This document shows positions 27,388 through 35,840 of a DNA stretch of 64,000 nt, piece after piece (the first letter of the stretch is position 1; each line of letters begins with the position of its first letter). The position numbers and the translations under genes were made by a program. Below the pieces are notes generated by a model. That model had not been told where the DNA came from, made no database searches, and saw nothing but the letters and a program-made list of their open reading frames with translations. Source of the DNA: Marinilabiliales bacterium (GTDB lineage Bacteria; Bacteroidota; Bacteroidia; Bacteroidales; SZUA-534). The stretch covers positions 334,455 to 398,454 of the forward strand of contig DOTG01000038.1 of assembly GCA_003512955.1 (NCBI GenBank), given 5' to 3'.

Positions 27388-29166
27388 TTACTCTTGGTGA
27401 GCCGAATCGTTCGATTCAAAAAGCAGTTTCATGTCGCGCCGTTTCCCAAATTCATAATAATCTTCGGGAATAACACGCCAATTGCTGGCCTTAACAGGTT
27501 TTATGGAAGGATGCGATTCTATCCATTTCATCACATAGTACCTTAAATCATACTCCGAAACTTTAACAATCCGTTGATTTAGCTCTTTGTCGGACAAGCC
27601 TACACCAACTGTTAAATGACCGCCGCCGCCATTTCCCTGGTAGGAGTTCACTGCCACCGAATAGGTTGAATCGGCATAAAAAGCCTGTCCATTGGAAAAA
27701 CCGAGGATTTTGATTTTACCCCCGTCAGGTTTTGAAACATCCACTAAATAATCGATGCCTGAAGCCGAGGAAAAATTGTAGTATTTATTCTTAAACCTCA
27801 CCTGCCCGGTGGCATCGGTTTCAAGTTTTAATAAATGATCGTTGAAACTGCTCATTTGGTTAAACCACAACGCGTAGGAATATTCCAAATACTTGTCAAT
27901 CTCGCCCCCAGTTAACGAAAGGGTATAAAGCAGGTTTTCATATTTATACAGATTAAACAAATCGCCCACTACCACAGGGCCTTTTTCAACTTGAGTGCGG
28001 TACGAAAGTGGGGAACAGAAAGAAACATCAGCCTTCGAAACTTCCATTTGAACATTCTGTATCAAATCAATAAAAGCACTATTGCCAAAATAGGCATCTT
28101 TGGAATCCACAGCCTCGGTAAATTCACCAATCTGCCTCGATACATAGTTTAAAATTGTATTTGACGAGGATTGAAAAGTAGCCATAAATAAAGAATCGAT
28201 GGGGCGGTCATTCATTTCAACCACTTTTGCATCAATTAGCTTTTCATAGGTACCCTTCGAATGGTTTTGTTTAAATTTAATGCTGATGGCGGCAACTGCT
28301 CTGGCATGGCTTCTTGGATCGAGCAACAAGACGGTATCACCTTGTATATTCACCACTTTTTCGTTGTAAAACTTATGATCGTGCCCTGCCAAAACCAGAT
28401 CGAATCCCGGAACCTGCTGAGCCACCAGCTTGGTTGCATTTTCATTCATGAACACAGTACCATCTGCATTTTCATAGTTATAATCAACGCCGGAATGAAA
28501 CAATCCAACCAGTAAGTCCGGTTTTTCCTTTTCCAGAATGATGGGCACCCACTTTTTAGCGGTTTCCACCATATCGTCGAACCGCATGCCGCTCCAAAGA
28601 TTCTCGGGCAACCATTTGGGGATTCCGGGAGTTATTAATCCCAACACAGCAATTTTAATCCCTTTCCGTTCAATGATGGTATAAGGTTCAAAATAGGGCT
28701 CCCCGGTACTGGTATTCACGGCATTGGCAGCCAGGTAAGGGCATTTTAGCTGTTTCCGGAACCGATCATACACCGCGTGGCCCGTTTCAATATCGTGGTT
28801 TCCCACGGAAGCGGCATCGTAGTCCATAAAATTAAGCACATCGGCAGCAATATGTGCCGAAGTTGTATCTTCATAATTGTAATAATAAACCGTAGGTTGC
28901 CCTTGAAGCAAATCACCATTGTCCAATAAAATTACTGCATCGTTTCCATGCGTTTGCCTTTCCGATTGGACGAAAGAATACACATGGGCCAACGAATTAC
29001 CTGAGGGTCTTCCTTCCACATAATTAAATGGGAAAAAGGTTCCGTGAACATCCGTGGTCTGGTAAATATATAATTCTGCCGATTCAGGCTTTTTGGGTGT
29101 ACATCCCGAAAAAGTCAATCCTGCCAAAAGAATTAAAACGAACAAACGTGTAGGCTTTATCATCAT
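27388..29166 (-). CDS. Bifunctional metallophosphatase / 5'-nucleotidase lipoprotein (UshA-like)
   Basis: The ATG at 29166 gives a lipoprotein signal (MMIKPTRLFVLILLAGLTFSGC). Motifs are TTDVHG, DNGDLLQG, GNHDIE and GHDH, and a C-terminal 5'-nucleotidase-like domain is present. Confidence 0.85.
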   Translation of the reverse strand: MMIKPTRLFVLILLAGLTFSGCTPKKPESAELYIYQTTDVHGTFFPFNYVEGRPSGNSLAHVYSFVQSERQTHGNDAVILLDNGDLLQGQPTVYYYNYEDTTSAHIAADVLNFMDYDAASVGNHDIETGHAVYDRFRKQLKCPYLAANAVNTSTGEPYFEPYTIIERKGIKIAVLGLITPGIPKWLPENLWSGMRFDDMVETAKKWVPIILEKEKPDLLVGLFHSGVDYNYENADGTVFMNENATKLVAQQVPGFDLVLAGHDHKFYNEKVVNIQGDTVLLLDPRSHARAVAAISIKFKQNHSKGTYEKLIDAKVVEMNDRPIDSLFMATFQSSSNTILNYVSRQIGEFTEAVDSKDAYFGNSAFIDLIQNVQMEVSKADVSFCSPLSYRTQVEKGPVVVGDLFNLYKYENLLYTLSLTGGEIDKYLEYSYALWFNQMSSFNDHLLKLETDATGQVRFKNKYYNFSSASGIDYLVDVSKPDGGKIKILGFSNGQAFYADSTYSVAVNSYQGNGGGGHLTVGVGLSDKELNQRIVKVSEYDLRYYVMKWIESHPSIKPVKASNWRVIPEDYYEFGKRRDMKLLFESNDSAHQE

Positions 29167-29357
29167 AGTAAAAAATTTATTTTCTTCAAGGCACGAAGTT
29201 AACAATTTAAACCCGTTCCAAATAGTTAGATGCATACAAACAAAAAAAATAGCAGCCCTTTTATTAAAATAATAATCCATATACCATTGATTGACTGTGT
29301 GTAATAAAAATAATTTTTGGATAAAATCAAATTAGAACGGTTCTATGATTTTTTTCA

Positions 29358-29678
29358 TTGCAAAACAAAACAGGAATATTACTTTTGTGTTGCTTAACAT
29401 TATTTTACAGCATGTTGCCAAAATTCTTATTAGCAGACAATAGCCAAGATTCCTTAGGCAGGTTATTCGTGGTTCACACCGAAGAGCCCCGGTTTATTTT
29501 AGAAGGAACTGATGATGATTCATTTGAAGAGCAAAATTTACATTGGATAGATGAACCAACTATTGACAATCAGTCTATTGAAACCCTTTTGAATCAGGCA
29601 CAACAATTCTTAGAAGAAGAGCTTTTGAATCAGGAATCACTTTACGATGAAATAATCAGAGAAAACTCATTAACATAA
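29358..29678 (+). CDS. Hypothetical small acidic protein; doubtful
   Basis: 106 codons from a TTG start, with a weak signal-like N-terminus and an acidic low-complexity C-terminus. I recognise no motif. Confidence 0.3.
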   Translation: MQNKTGILLLCCLTLFYSMLPKFLLADNSQDSLGRLFVVHTEEPRFILEGTDDDSFEEQNLHWIDEPTIDNQSIETLLNQAQQFLEEELLNQESLYDEIIRENSLT

Positions 29679-29697
29679 AAATTCAATTTTAATTTAT

Positions 29698-30921
29698 ATG
29701 AAAGAAGCAGTTGCTATTTTGTGCGCCGGAGGTCCAGCCCCCGGCATCAATACCGTTATTAGTTCCGTAACTAAAATATTTTTGCAAAACGGTTACGATG
29801 TGTTGGGTATCCATGGCGGGTATAAAAGTTTGATTGCCAACGAACCTGAATTTGACTACCTCGATTTTGAATTTGCCGACTTGATTTACAGCCGTGGTGG
29901 TTCTGCCTTAAAGATGAGCCGCTACAAACCGAAAGACAACGAGTTTAAGGACGATTTTTTCCGTCGCCACAACGTGAAATTGTTGGTGACTATTGGTGGT
30001 GACGACACCGCTTCCACTGCCAACCGTTTATCGAAATATCTGGTTGAGAAGAAATTGGATGTTAAAAACATTCACGTCCCGAAAACTATTGACAATGACC
30101 TTCCATTGGAAGAAGGAACTCCAACCTTTGGGTACCACTCGGCCAAGGAGGAAGGTGTACGCCTGGCTACAACCATTTATGAAGATGCACGCACCAGCGG
30201 TAACTGGTTTGTGGTTTCAGCTATGGGACGTGAAGCCGGCCACCTGGCCTTTGGTATCGGTACTGCTTGCCATTACCCAATGATCATTATCCCAGAAATG
30301 TTCAACAAAACCAAGATGAGCTTTGACAAAATCATCAAACTGGTGATTTCGTCGATGGTGAAACGCCGCATCATGGGTATTGATTATGGGGTAGCTATTA
30401 TCAGCGAAGGGGTGTTCCACTTTATGAGCGAAGAGGAAATCATCAATACCAAAATCAACTTTACTTACGATGAGCACGGCCACCCCGAATTAGGCAACGT
30501 GAGCAAATCACACATTTTTAACATGCTCACCCAACAGGAATTAAAGCAACACCGTATCGTGGTTAAAAGCCGCCCCAACGAATTGGGCTATGAACTGCGT
30601 TGCTGCCGCCCTATTGCGTACGATCTGAATTATGCCACCCGCCTAGGATTGGGTGTTTTTATTCTTTTCCAAAAAGGATTCACGGGATGTATGGTTACGG
30701 TAGGAAGAAAAGGCGATATCACCCCATTATTCTTGAAAGATGTGGAAGACGAAAAAGGAAAAGTAAAACCAAGGTTGGTGAATATTGAATCGGAAAACGT
30801 TCAGTTAATCTTCAAGAATAACCTGCATTACATTACCAAAGCCGACTACCGCGCAGCTAAAAAATATCTGAAAGACCCTGAAGAATTTGATTTTTATCGA
30901 ATTCTTGAATGGGAAGAATAA
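29698..30921 (+). CDS. pfkA: Phosphofructokinase (PFK-A family), PPi-type signature residues
   Basis: 407 aa with GGPAPGIN, IGGDDT, PKTIDND and MGREAGHLA. Confidence 0.9.
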   Translation: MKEAVAILCAGGPAPGINTVISSVTKIFLQNGYDVLGIHGGYKSLIANEPEFDYLDFEFADLIYSRGGSALKMSRYKPKDNEFKDDFFRRHNVKLLVTIGGDDTASTANRLSKYLVEKKLDVKNIHVPKTIDNDLPLEEGTPTFGYHSAKEEGVRLATTIYEDARTSGNWFVVSAMGREAGHLAFGIGTACHYPMIIIPEMFNKTKMSFDKIIKLVISSMVKRRIMGIDYGVAIISEGVFHFMSEEEIINTKINFTYDEHGHPELGNVSKSHIFNMLTQQELKQHRIVVKSRPNELGYELRCCRPIAYDLNYATRLGLGVFILFQKGFTGCMVTVGRKGDITPLFLKDVEDEKGKVKPRLVNIESENVQLIFKNNLHYITKADYRAAKKYLKDPEEFDFYRILEWEE

Positions 30922-30933
30922 GAAAAGAAACAG

Positions 30934-30966
30934 AAGACCGGCACACATGAGCCGGTCTTTTTTCTT
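30934..30966 (+). terminator. Rho-independent terminator
   Basis: AAGACCGGC-(8 nt)-GCCGGTCTT followed by TTTTTCTT. Confidence 0.85.
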
Positions 30967-31124
30967 CCTCTCTTGGAAACAAAGAAACATATTCATTTCG
31001 ATTAAAAACCCAATCATCCATTTTTCGGATTAAGGCAAAAATTTTTGTATATTAGTCATTTGGCAAATGATTGATTTGCTGAGCAGTATTTTCAACAAAA
31101 GTTTCACCTTGAAAAATTACGGTT

Positions 31125-32327
31125 ATGTCGAAAGAAACGTTTAAAGGGACCATTGCCATCTTAACCGGTGGGGGTGATGTACCGGGCTTGAACCCTGCCA
31201 TTCGCGCGATTACTATCCGCGCGTTACGCGAAGGTTACCGGGTTTTGGGTTTCCGCAGAGGTTGGGCAGGCCCTATAAGTATTATCCGTGATAAAAAAGT
31301 GGATAATTCTGCCTTTGTTATGGAACTGACTGAGGAAATAGTAAACCGTGCCGGAAGAACCGGCGGAACCTTTTTGCATACCTCGCGCACCCGGCCCAGC
31401 CATGTGAAGAAAACTGAAATCCCGGAACATTTACGCGATGTTTATACCCAGGAGGTAAACGACTTGACTCCTGAAATTTTGAAAAACTTTGAATTCTTAG
31501 GAATAGATTATTTAGTACCCATCGGTGGAGACGACACGTTAAGTTATGCCGTAAGGTTGTATTCCGAAGGGGTTAAAGTGGTGGCCATACCTAAAACCAT
31601 GGATAACGATGTGCCTGGAACCGATTACTGCATTGGCTTTAGCACCTGTGTAACCCGCACCATAAGTTTAGTGAATAGCTTGCGGACATCGGCTGGATCC
31701 CACGAACGGTTTCTGATTATTGAAGTTTTTGGCCGGTATGCCGGTTATACAGCCTTGTTGCCGACGATGGCCGGAGCTGCCAATCGTTGTGTTATTCCGG
31801 AATATAAATTCAACATTGAAAAATTGACCGACCTTTTGGTTCAGGACCGTAATTCCAGTTCAAGCAAATACTCGGTATTATTAGTGTCGGAAGGGGCTAC
31901 CTTTGTTGGAATGGAAGAAATGCTTTTCAGCCAACAAAGTACCGATGCCTACGGGCACAAGAAACTTGGAGGTATTGGCCAGACTGTAGCCGATAAGGTG
32001 AAGGAACTGGCTCCAAAGTTTAACAACGGCCATGGGATTAATTACATCAGCCAGAATTTAGGCTATATGGTGCGCGGAGGTGACCCCGATGCTATGGATT
32101 CCATTGTCCCAATGGCGTATGGTAATCTAGCGTTAGACCTTATCCTCAAAGGGATTCATGGCAGGTTGGTAATATTGAGAAACGGCCGGTACGACAATGC
32201 CCCATTGGAAGTTGTAACCTCGTCGAAGAAAATAATTGACATCAGCCAGTTTTACAATACGGATAGGTTACGGCCTCAATACAATTCCTTTGAAATGAAG
32301 CCTACATTTATCATGACTGGGAATTAG
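31125..32327 (+). CDS. pfkA: Phosphofructokinase (PFK-A family), second divergent paralogue, PPi-type signature residues
   Basis: 400 aa with GGGDVPGLN, IGGDDT, PKTMDND and FGRYAGYTA. Confidence 0.9.
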   Translation: MSKETFKGTIAILTGGGDVPGLNPAIRAITIRALREGYRVLGFRRGWAGPISIIRDKKVDNSAFVMELTEEIVNRAGRTGGTFLHTSRTRPSHVKKTEIPEHLRDVYTQEVNDLTPEILKNFEFLGIDYLVPIGGDDTLSYAVRLYSEGVKVVAIPKTMDNDVPGTDYCIGFSTCVTRTISLVNSLRTSAGSHERFLIIEVFGRYAGYTALLPTMAGAANRCVIPEYKFNIEKLTDLLVQDRNSSSSKYSVLLVSEGATFVGMEEMLFSQQSTDAYGHKKLGGIGQTVADKVKELAPKFNNGHGINYISQNLGYMVRGGDPDAMDSIVPMAYGNLALDLILKGIHGRLVILRNGRYDNAPLEVVTSSKKIIDISQFYNTDRLRPQYNSFEMKPTFIMTGN

Positions 32328-32340
32328 GAGTTAAAGGAAT

Positions 32341-32374
32341 AAAAAAGAGGTTGCTAATGGCAACCTCTTTTTTT
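32341..32374. terminator. Bidirectional rho-independent terminator
   Basis: AAAAAA-GAGGTTGC-TAATG-GCAACCTC-TTTTTTT lies between convergent genes. Confidence 0.85.
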
Positions 32375-32394
32375 ATTCCAATAATTCTAAAAAT

Positions 32395-33897
32395 CTATTT
32401 TAATGTGGTTTCTACTTTTTGGAACAGTTTCCCAGCAGTTCCATGGTACATATTTGGCGTAAATTCTTTGGATAGCTTACCAGCTTTAGAACCTTCATCC
32501 AATATCCAAAGCCCAATCCATTCAATAGAAATCTTGGCATCGGCCCCAATTAAGAATCCAAAATAATTGCCATAATTTCCTTCGAAAGGTAGGGTAGTAT
32601 AATATACTCCATTCATAAAGAAATACATGCTGTTACCATATTTACGGGCAGTTATTTTATTGTAATCCGTAATATTTCCACCTTCCCAAAAATGGCCTTC
32701 GGACCAAGCAGCAATATCCTTATCGCCAATAGTAAAATACCCGGACCCGTTGTAAGGGGTAAACCGATAGTAATAATACTCGAAAGTTGAGGAATTAAGC
32801 CCCCAGAACAATCCGCTACCTTGGGTAACATTATCATAATTTACTTTGTAATAAATCTCCAAATCGTAATCATCAGTAGTTGCGGGCATGGTTACCGCAT
32901 TGGTCCAGAAAAACCAACTATTCTCGGTGGTATAGTTTGTAATGGTGTATAATCCACCAGATATGGCTGCACTATAATCTGAAGTAGTTTCCTCGGTCCA
33001 ATCCCCGGAAGCATTAAATTCATTGGTATAATGTTCCACCCAGCTTACAGGCAATGTATAAACTTTTGGATCTATTACACCAGCATTTATAACCAACGGG
33101 TGAGTTACAGAATGGCTGGAAGTGGATGAATGAGCCGTTAATTTTACGGTGTAGGTCCCTGCTTGGGTAAAGGTTACAATGGGGTTTTCATAATCTGAAT
33201 CACTGGTGCCATCATTATTAAAATCCCATTCATAACTAGTTGCACCTGTGGAACAGTTTGTGAAAGTAACCGATTCATTTAACCCGGCCGGATTTGGCGA
33301 AACGGTAAAACAGGCTAATAGATTCGAAGTGGAATTAGTAATGGTCATTTGATGCGTTACATTATCAGTGCCAGCATCACTTATAGCAATTAATTTTATG
33401 GTATAGGTTCCTGCAATATAAAATTCAATTACTGGGTTTTCTAACTCAGAATCAATAGTCCCATCACTATTGAAATCCCACTGATAGGATGTAGCATTCT
33501 CAGAACAGTTAGTAAATGTAACAGCGGTATTCACCTCGGCAGTGGAAGGACTTATTGTGAAGCAAGCCACCGGATCAATATCTTCTATGTCAATTACTAC
33601 AGTAGTTTCGTCAATTTTCGATCCATTAGTTGCACGTAGTTTCACAACAAATTGTCCAGCTTCTTCATAGAAGTGAGTAGGAGAAATTTCTGCTGAAGTG
33701 GCATCATCACCAAAATCCCACAAATAAGAGGTGGCATCAGTAGAGCAGTTGTCAAAACTAATCAATTCATCCACATGGGCAGTGGTTTTTGAAGGAGTAA
33801 AGCAAGCATTTGGGGTTTTTGTTTCCTCTATCTGTTCACAACTAAAGTAAAGCCCTAAAATGGTTAAACTTAATATTACATTAAGTAACTTTTTCAT
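32395..33897 (-). CDS. Lipoprotein with three PKD-like repeats and an uncharacterised ~220-aa C-terminal domain
   Basis: Lipobox ...GLYFSC. There are three repeats of the type ACFT.S....V...V.F.NCS..ATSY.WDF..DG......NP...F...G.Y.VKL.A. The C-terminal domain is shared with 33915..34901. Confidence 0.8.
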   Translation of the reverse strand: MKKLLNVILSLTILGLYFSCEQIEETKTPNACFTPSKTTAHVDELISFDNCSTDATSYLWDFGDDATSAEISPTHFYEEAGQFVVKLRATNGSKIDETTVVIDIEDIDPVACFTISPSTAEVNTAVTFTNCSENATSYQWDFNSDGTIDSELENPVIEFYIAGTYTIKLIAISDAGTDNVTHQMTITNSTSNLLACFTVSPNPAGLNESVTFTNCSTGATSYEWDFNNDGTSDSDYENPIVTFTQAGTYTVKLTAHSSTSSHSVTHPLVINAGVIDPKVYTLPVSWVEHYTNEFNASGDWTEETTSDYSAAISGGLYTITNYTTENSWFFWTNAVTMPATTDDYDLEIYYKVNYDNVTQGSGLFWGLNSSTFEYYYYRFTPYNGSGYFTIGDKDIAAWSEGHFWEGGNITDYNKITARKYGNSMYFFMNGVYYTTLPFEGNYGNYFGFLIGADAKISIEWIGLWILDEGSKAGKLSKEFTPNMYHGTAGKLFQKVETTLK

Positions 33898-33914
33898 ACA
33901 TTCTTAGTTTTAGA

Positions 33915-34901
33915 TTAATTAATTCTTTTTAAGGATACTTCTTTTTTGGAGGCACAACCTGATCTCTCTTCGATTGATAGGCTAGTTGGAACAATGTTTC
34001 CTGTTTTTTTACCTTCATCGACAAGGTAAATACCAATAAAATCAATAGCTGCGGCACCCGATTGATCTATTATTATTCCGAATTTTGAACCAAAATCGGT
34101 GGAATAAGCACGCGTATAAACCAATGTTTTATTTAAAAAGAAATAATAGGTGTCATCGTATTTCCGGACTGTCAGCAAATTATAATCGGTTGTACTGGCT
34201 CCCTCTGTCCAATCGATCCACTGGCCAGAATCCGTATCGCCCAAAACATAATAACCACTAGAAATTCTGAAATAATACCAACCCACATCGCTATTAACTC
34301 CCCAAATTAAGCCACTTCCATAATTAATTGGATCGATGGTGTTTTTGATTTTAAGTTCAATATCAAAATTTTTAGTGCTCAAAGGCATTGTTGCCACATT
34401 AGTCCAGAACAAATAAGAAGACTCAGTATAATAGTTTTGTATGTTGTAGTTACCACCAGATATACTTGCAGAATAATATTCATTTGTACCAACAGTCCAA
34501 TCACCATTATCTGTACTGAAATCGTTGCTATAGTGCACAATCCATGATTCGATACCATCATAGAGTTCCGGGTCAACACTTGCTTCTACCACTATAGCAA
34601 TTGTCTCCTCATCAATCAATGTTTTATTTTTAGCAACCAACCGAACAGTAAATTCCCCTTCTTCCAAATATTTATGTGAAGGGCTGATTTCTGTAGAAGT
34701 ATTGCCATCGCCAAAGGTCCAACCATATGTTTCAGCGTCGGTAGAACAATTGTCAAAAACAATTATTTCATCAACTTTTGCAGTAATTTTTGAAGCAGTA
34801 AAACATGCGGTTGGTTGCACTTCATCGGTTCTTTGGTCACAACCCCAAATGAAAATAAAGGTAAGCAAACCCACAAGAACAAGTAATCTTCTGTTTTTCA
34901 T
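33915..34901 (-). CDS. Lipoprotein with one PKD-like repeat and the same uncharacterised C-terminal domain
   Basis: Lipobox ...FIWGC. One PKD-like repeat is present (ACFTASKITAKVDEIIVFDNCSTDAETYGWTFGDGNTS...). The C-terminal domain aligns by eye with its neighbour (SW..HY.N.F...GDWT...YSA.ISGG.Y.I.NY.TE.S..FWTN...MP...). Confidence 0.8.
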   Translation of the reverse strand: MKNRRLLVLVGLLTFIFIWGCDQRTDEVQPTACFTASKITAKVDEIIVFDNCSTDAETYGWTFGDGNTSTEISPSHKYLEEGEFTVRLVAKNKTLIDEETIAIVVEASVDPELYDGIESWIVHYSNDFSTDNGDWTVGTNEYYSASISGGNYNIQNYYTESSYLFWTNVATMPLSTKNFDIELKIKNTIDPINYGSGLIWGVNSDVGWYYFRISSGYYVLGDTDSGQWIDWTEGASTTDYNLLTVRKYDDTYYFFLNKTLVYTRAYSTDFGSKFGIIIDQSGAAAIDFIGIYLVDEGKKTGNIVPTSLSIEERSGCASKKEVSLKRIN

Positions 34902-35101
34902 GATATAAAAATTTGGTTAAATTCAGTTAACTAATTTACAAAAATAATTAATTCTGCAATTGATTTTAATAAAGCATTTTAATCCATAAGTCAAAAATTA
35001 TGTAAATTACATTTTTTTTACTGATGCGTATCAAAATTATAAAATAGTAACTGAATGTTGAAAATCTTAAATGTATTAGAAATTAGGACATTGAATTTTC
35101 T

Positions 35102-35109
35102 TAACTTTG
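35102..35109 (+). promoter_or_regulatory. Candidate Bacteroidota -7 promoter box (TAACTTTG, fitting TAnnTTTG)
   Basis: It matches the TAnnTTTG consensus about 110 nt upstream of the 35219 start. I identified no convincing -33 element. Confidence 0.3.
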
Positions 35110-35218
35110 TTTTAACTAAATTATTTAACACTGTTCTTCCTAAAAGCAAGTAAACTACTAATAATGAATGGATTGTTTCAAAGATCAAATTGTTAAACCT
35201 TATTTAAAATCTCATTTC

Positions 35219-35836
35219 ATGAAAAAACAATATTTATTAAAACGGGAATATATTGTAATGATATTCAGCCTGTTCGTTTTTCCATTAACACTTACGGCTC
35301 AATTTGAACAAAAAGTGTCTGTGAATGCCTCAGTTTCAACGGCAACTTATGATTTAAGTGGAAACAATGAAAATCTAGGCTTTGGATTAGGCTTGGATGG
35401 AGGGTTACAATACAACTTGAATAGACGATTTTCATTATTTGGGAATGCCCGTTTTTATTACAAATTTGGTACTGCTGACTATCCCGATGCCTACTTTGAT
35501 AACCTATCATTCGGAGGAGGTTTAAAAATCAATATCCTTCCGTCAAAGAAAATAAACCCCTATTTATATGGTGAGGCCAATTTCAATCTGCTCTGGTATG
35601 AAGACTATTTTGAAACAGGCCTGCTTGATGAATTCGGTGTTCCCATTGGAGATTATGAATTTGATTTTGGAGCTTCAATAGGAGGTTTAGGAGGAGCCGG
35701 TTTTGATATAAGCTTTAACGACCATTTTACATTGTTTGTGCAAAGCGGCATTTATTACATCTACTATGATGAATCTGTCAGTTCTTATTCACAGTTTGGG
35801 TTTAGAATCAATTTATTTAAATCAAAAACCATTTAA
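35219..35836 (+). CDS. Small outer-membrane beta-barrel protein, first gene of the caspase-like operon
   Basis: The ATG at 35219 gives MKKQYLLKREYIVMIFSLFVFPLTLTAQ. The sequence has Gly/aromatic beta-strand periodicity, and its stop lies 4 nt before the next ATG. Confidence 0.6.
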   Translation: MKKQYLLKREYIVMIFSLFVFPLTLTAQFEQKVSVNASVSTATYDLSGNNENLGFGLGLDGGLQYNLNRRFSLFGNARFYYKFGTADYPDAYFDNLSFGGGLKINILPSKKINPYLYGEANFNLLWYEDYFETGLLDEFGVPIGDYEFDFGASIGGLGGAGFDISFNDHFTLFVQSGIYYIYYDESVSSYSQFGFRINLFKSKTI

Positions 35837-35840
35837 TGCC

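Noticed and set aside
35736-35840. 35-codon extension of the WD40-caspase ORF, overlapping the upstream barrel gene
   Set aside because: The extension overlaps the 3' end of the barrel gene in another frame. The ATG at 35841 is followed immediately by a canonical signal peptide.
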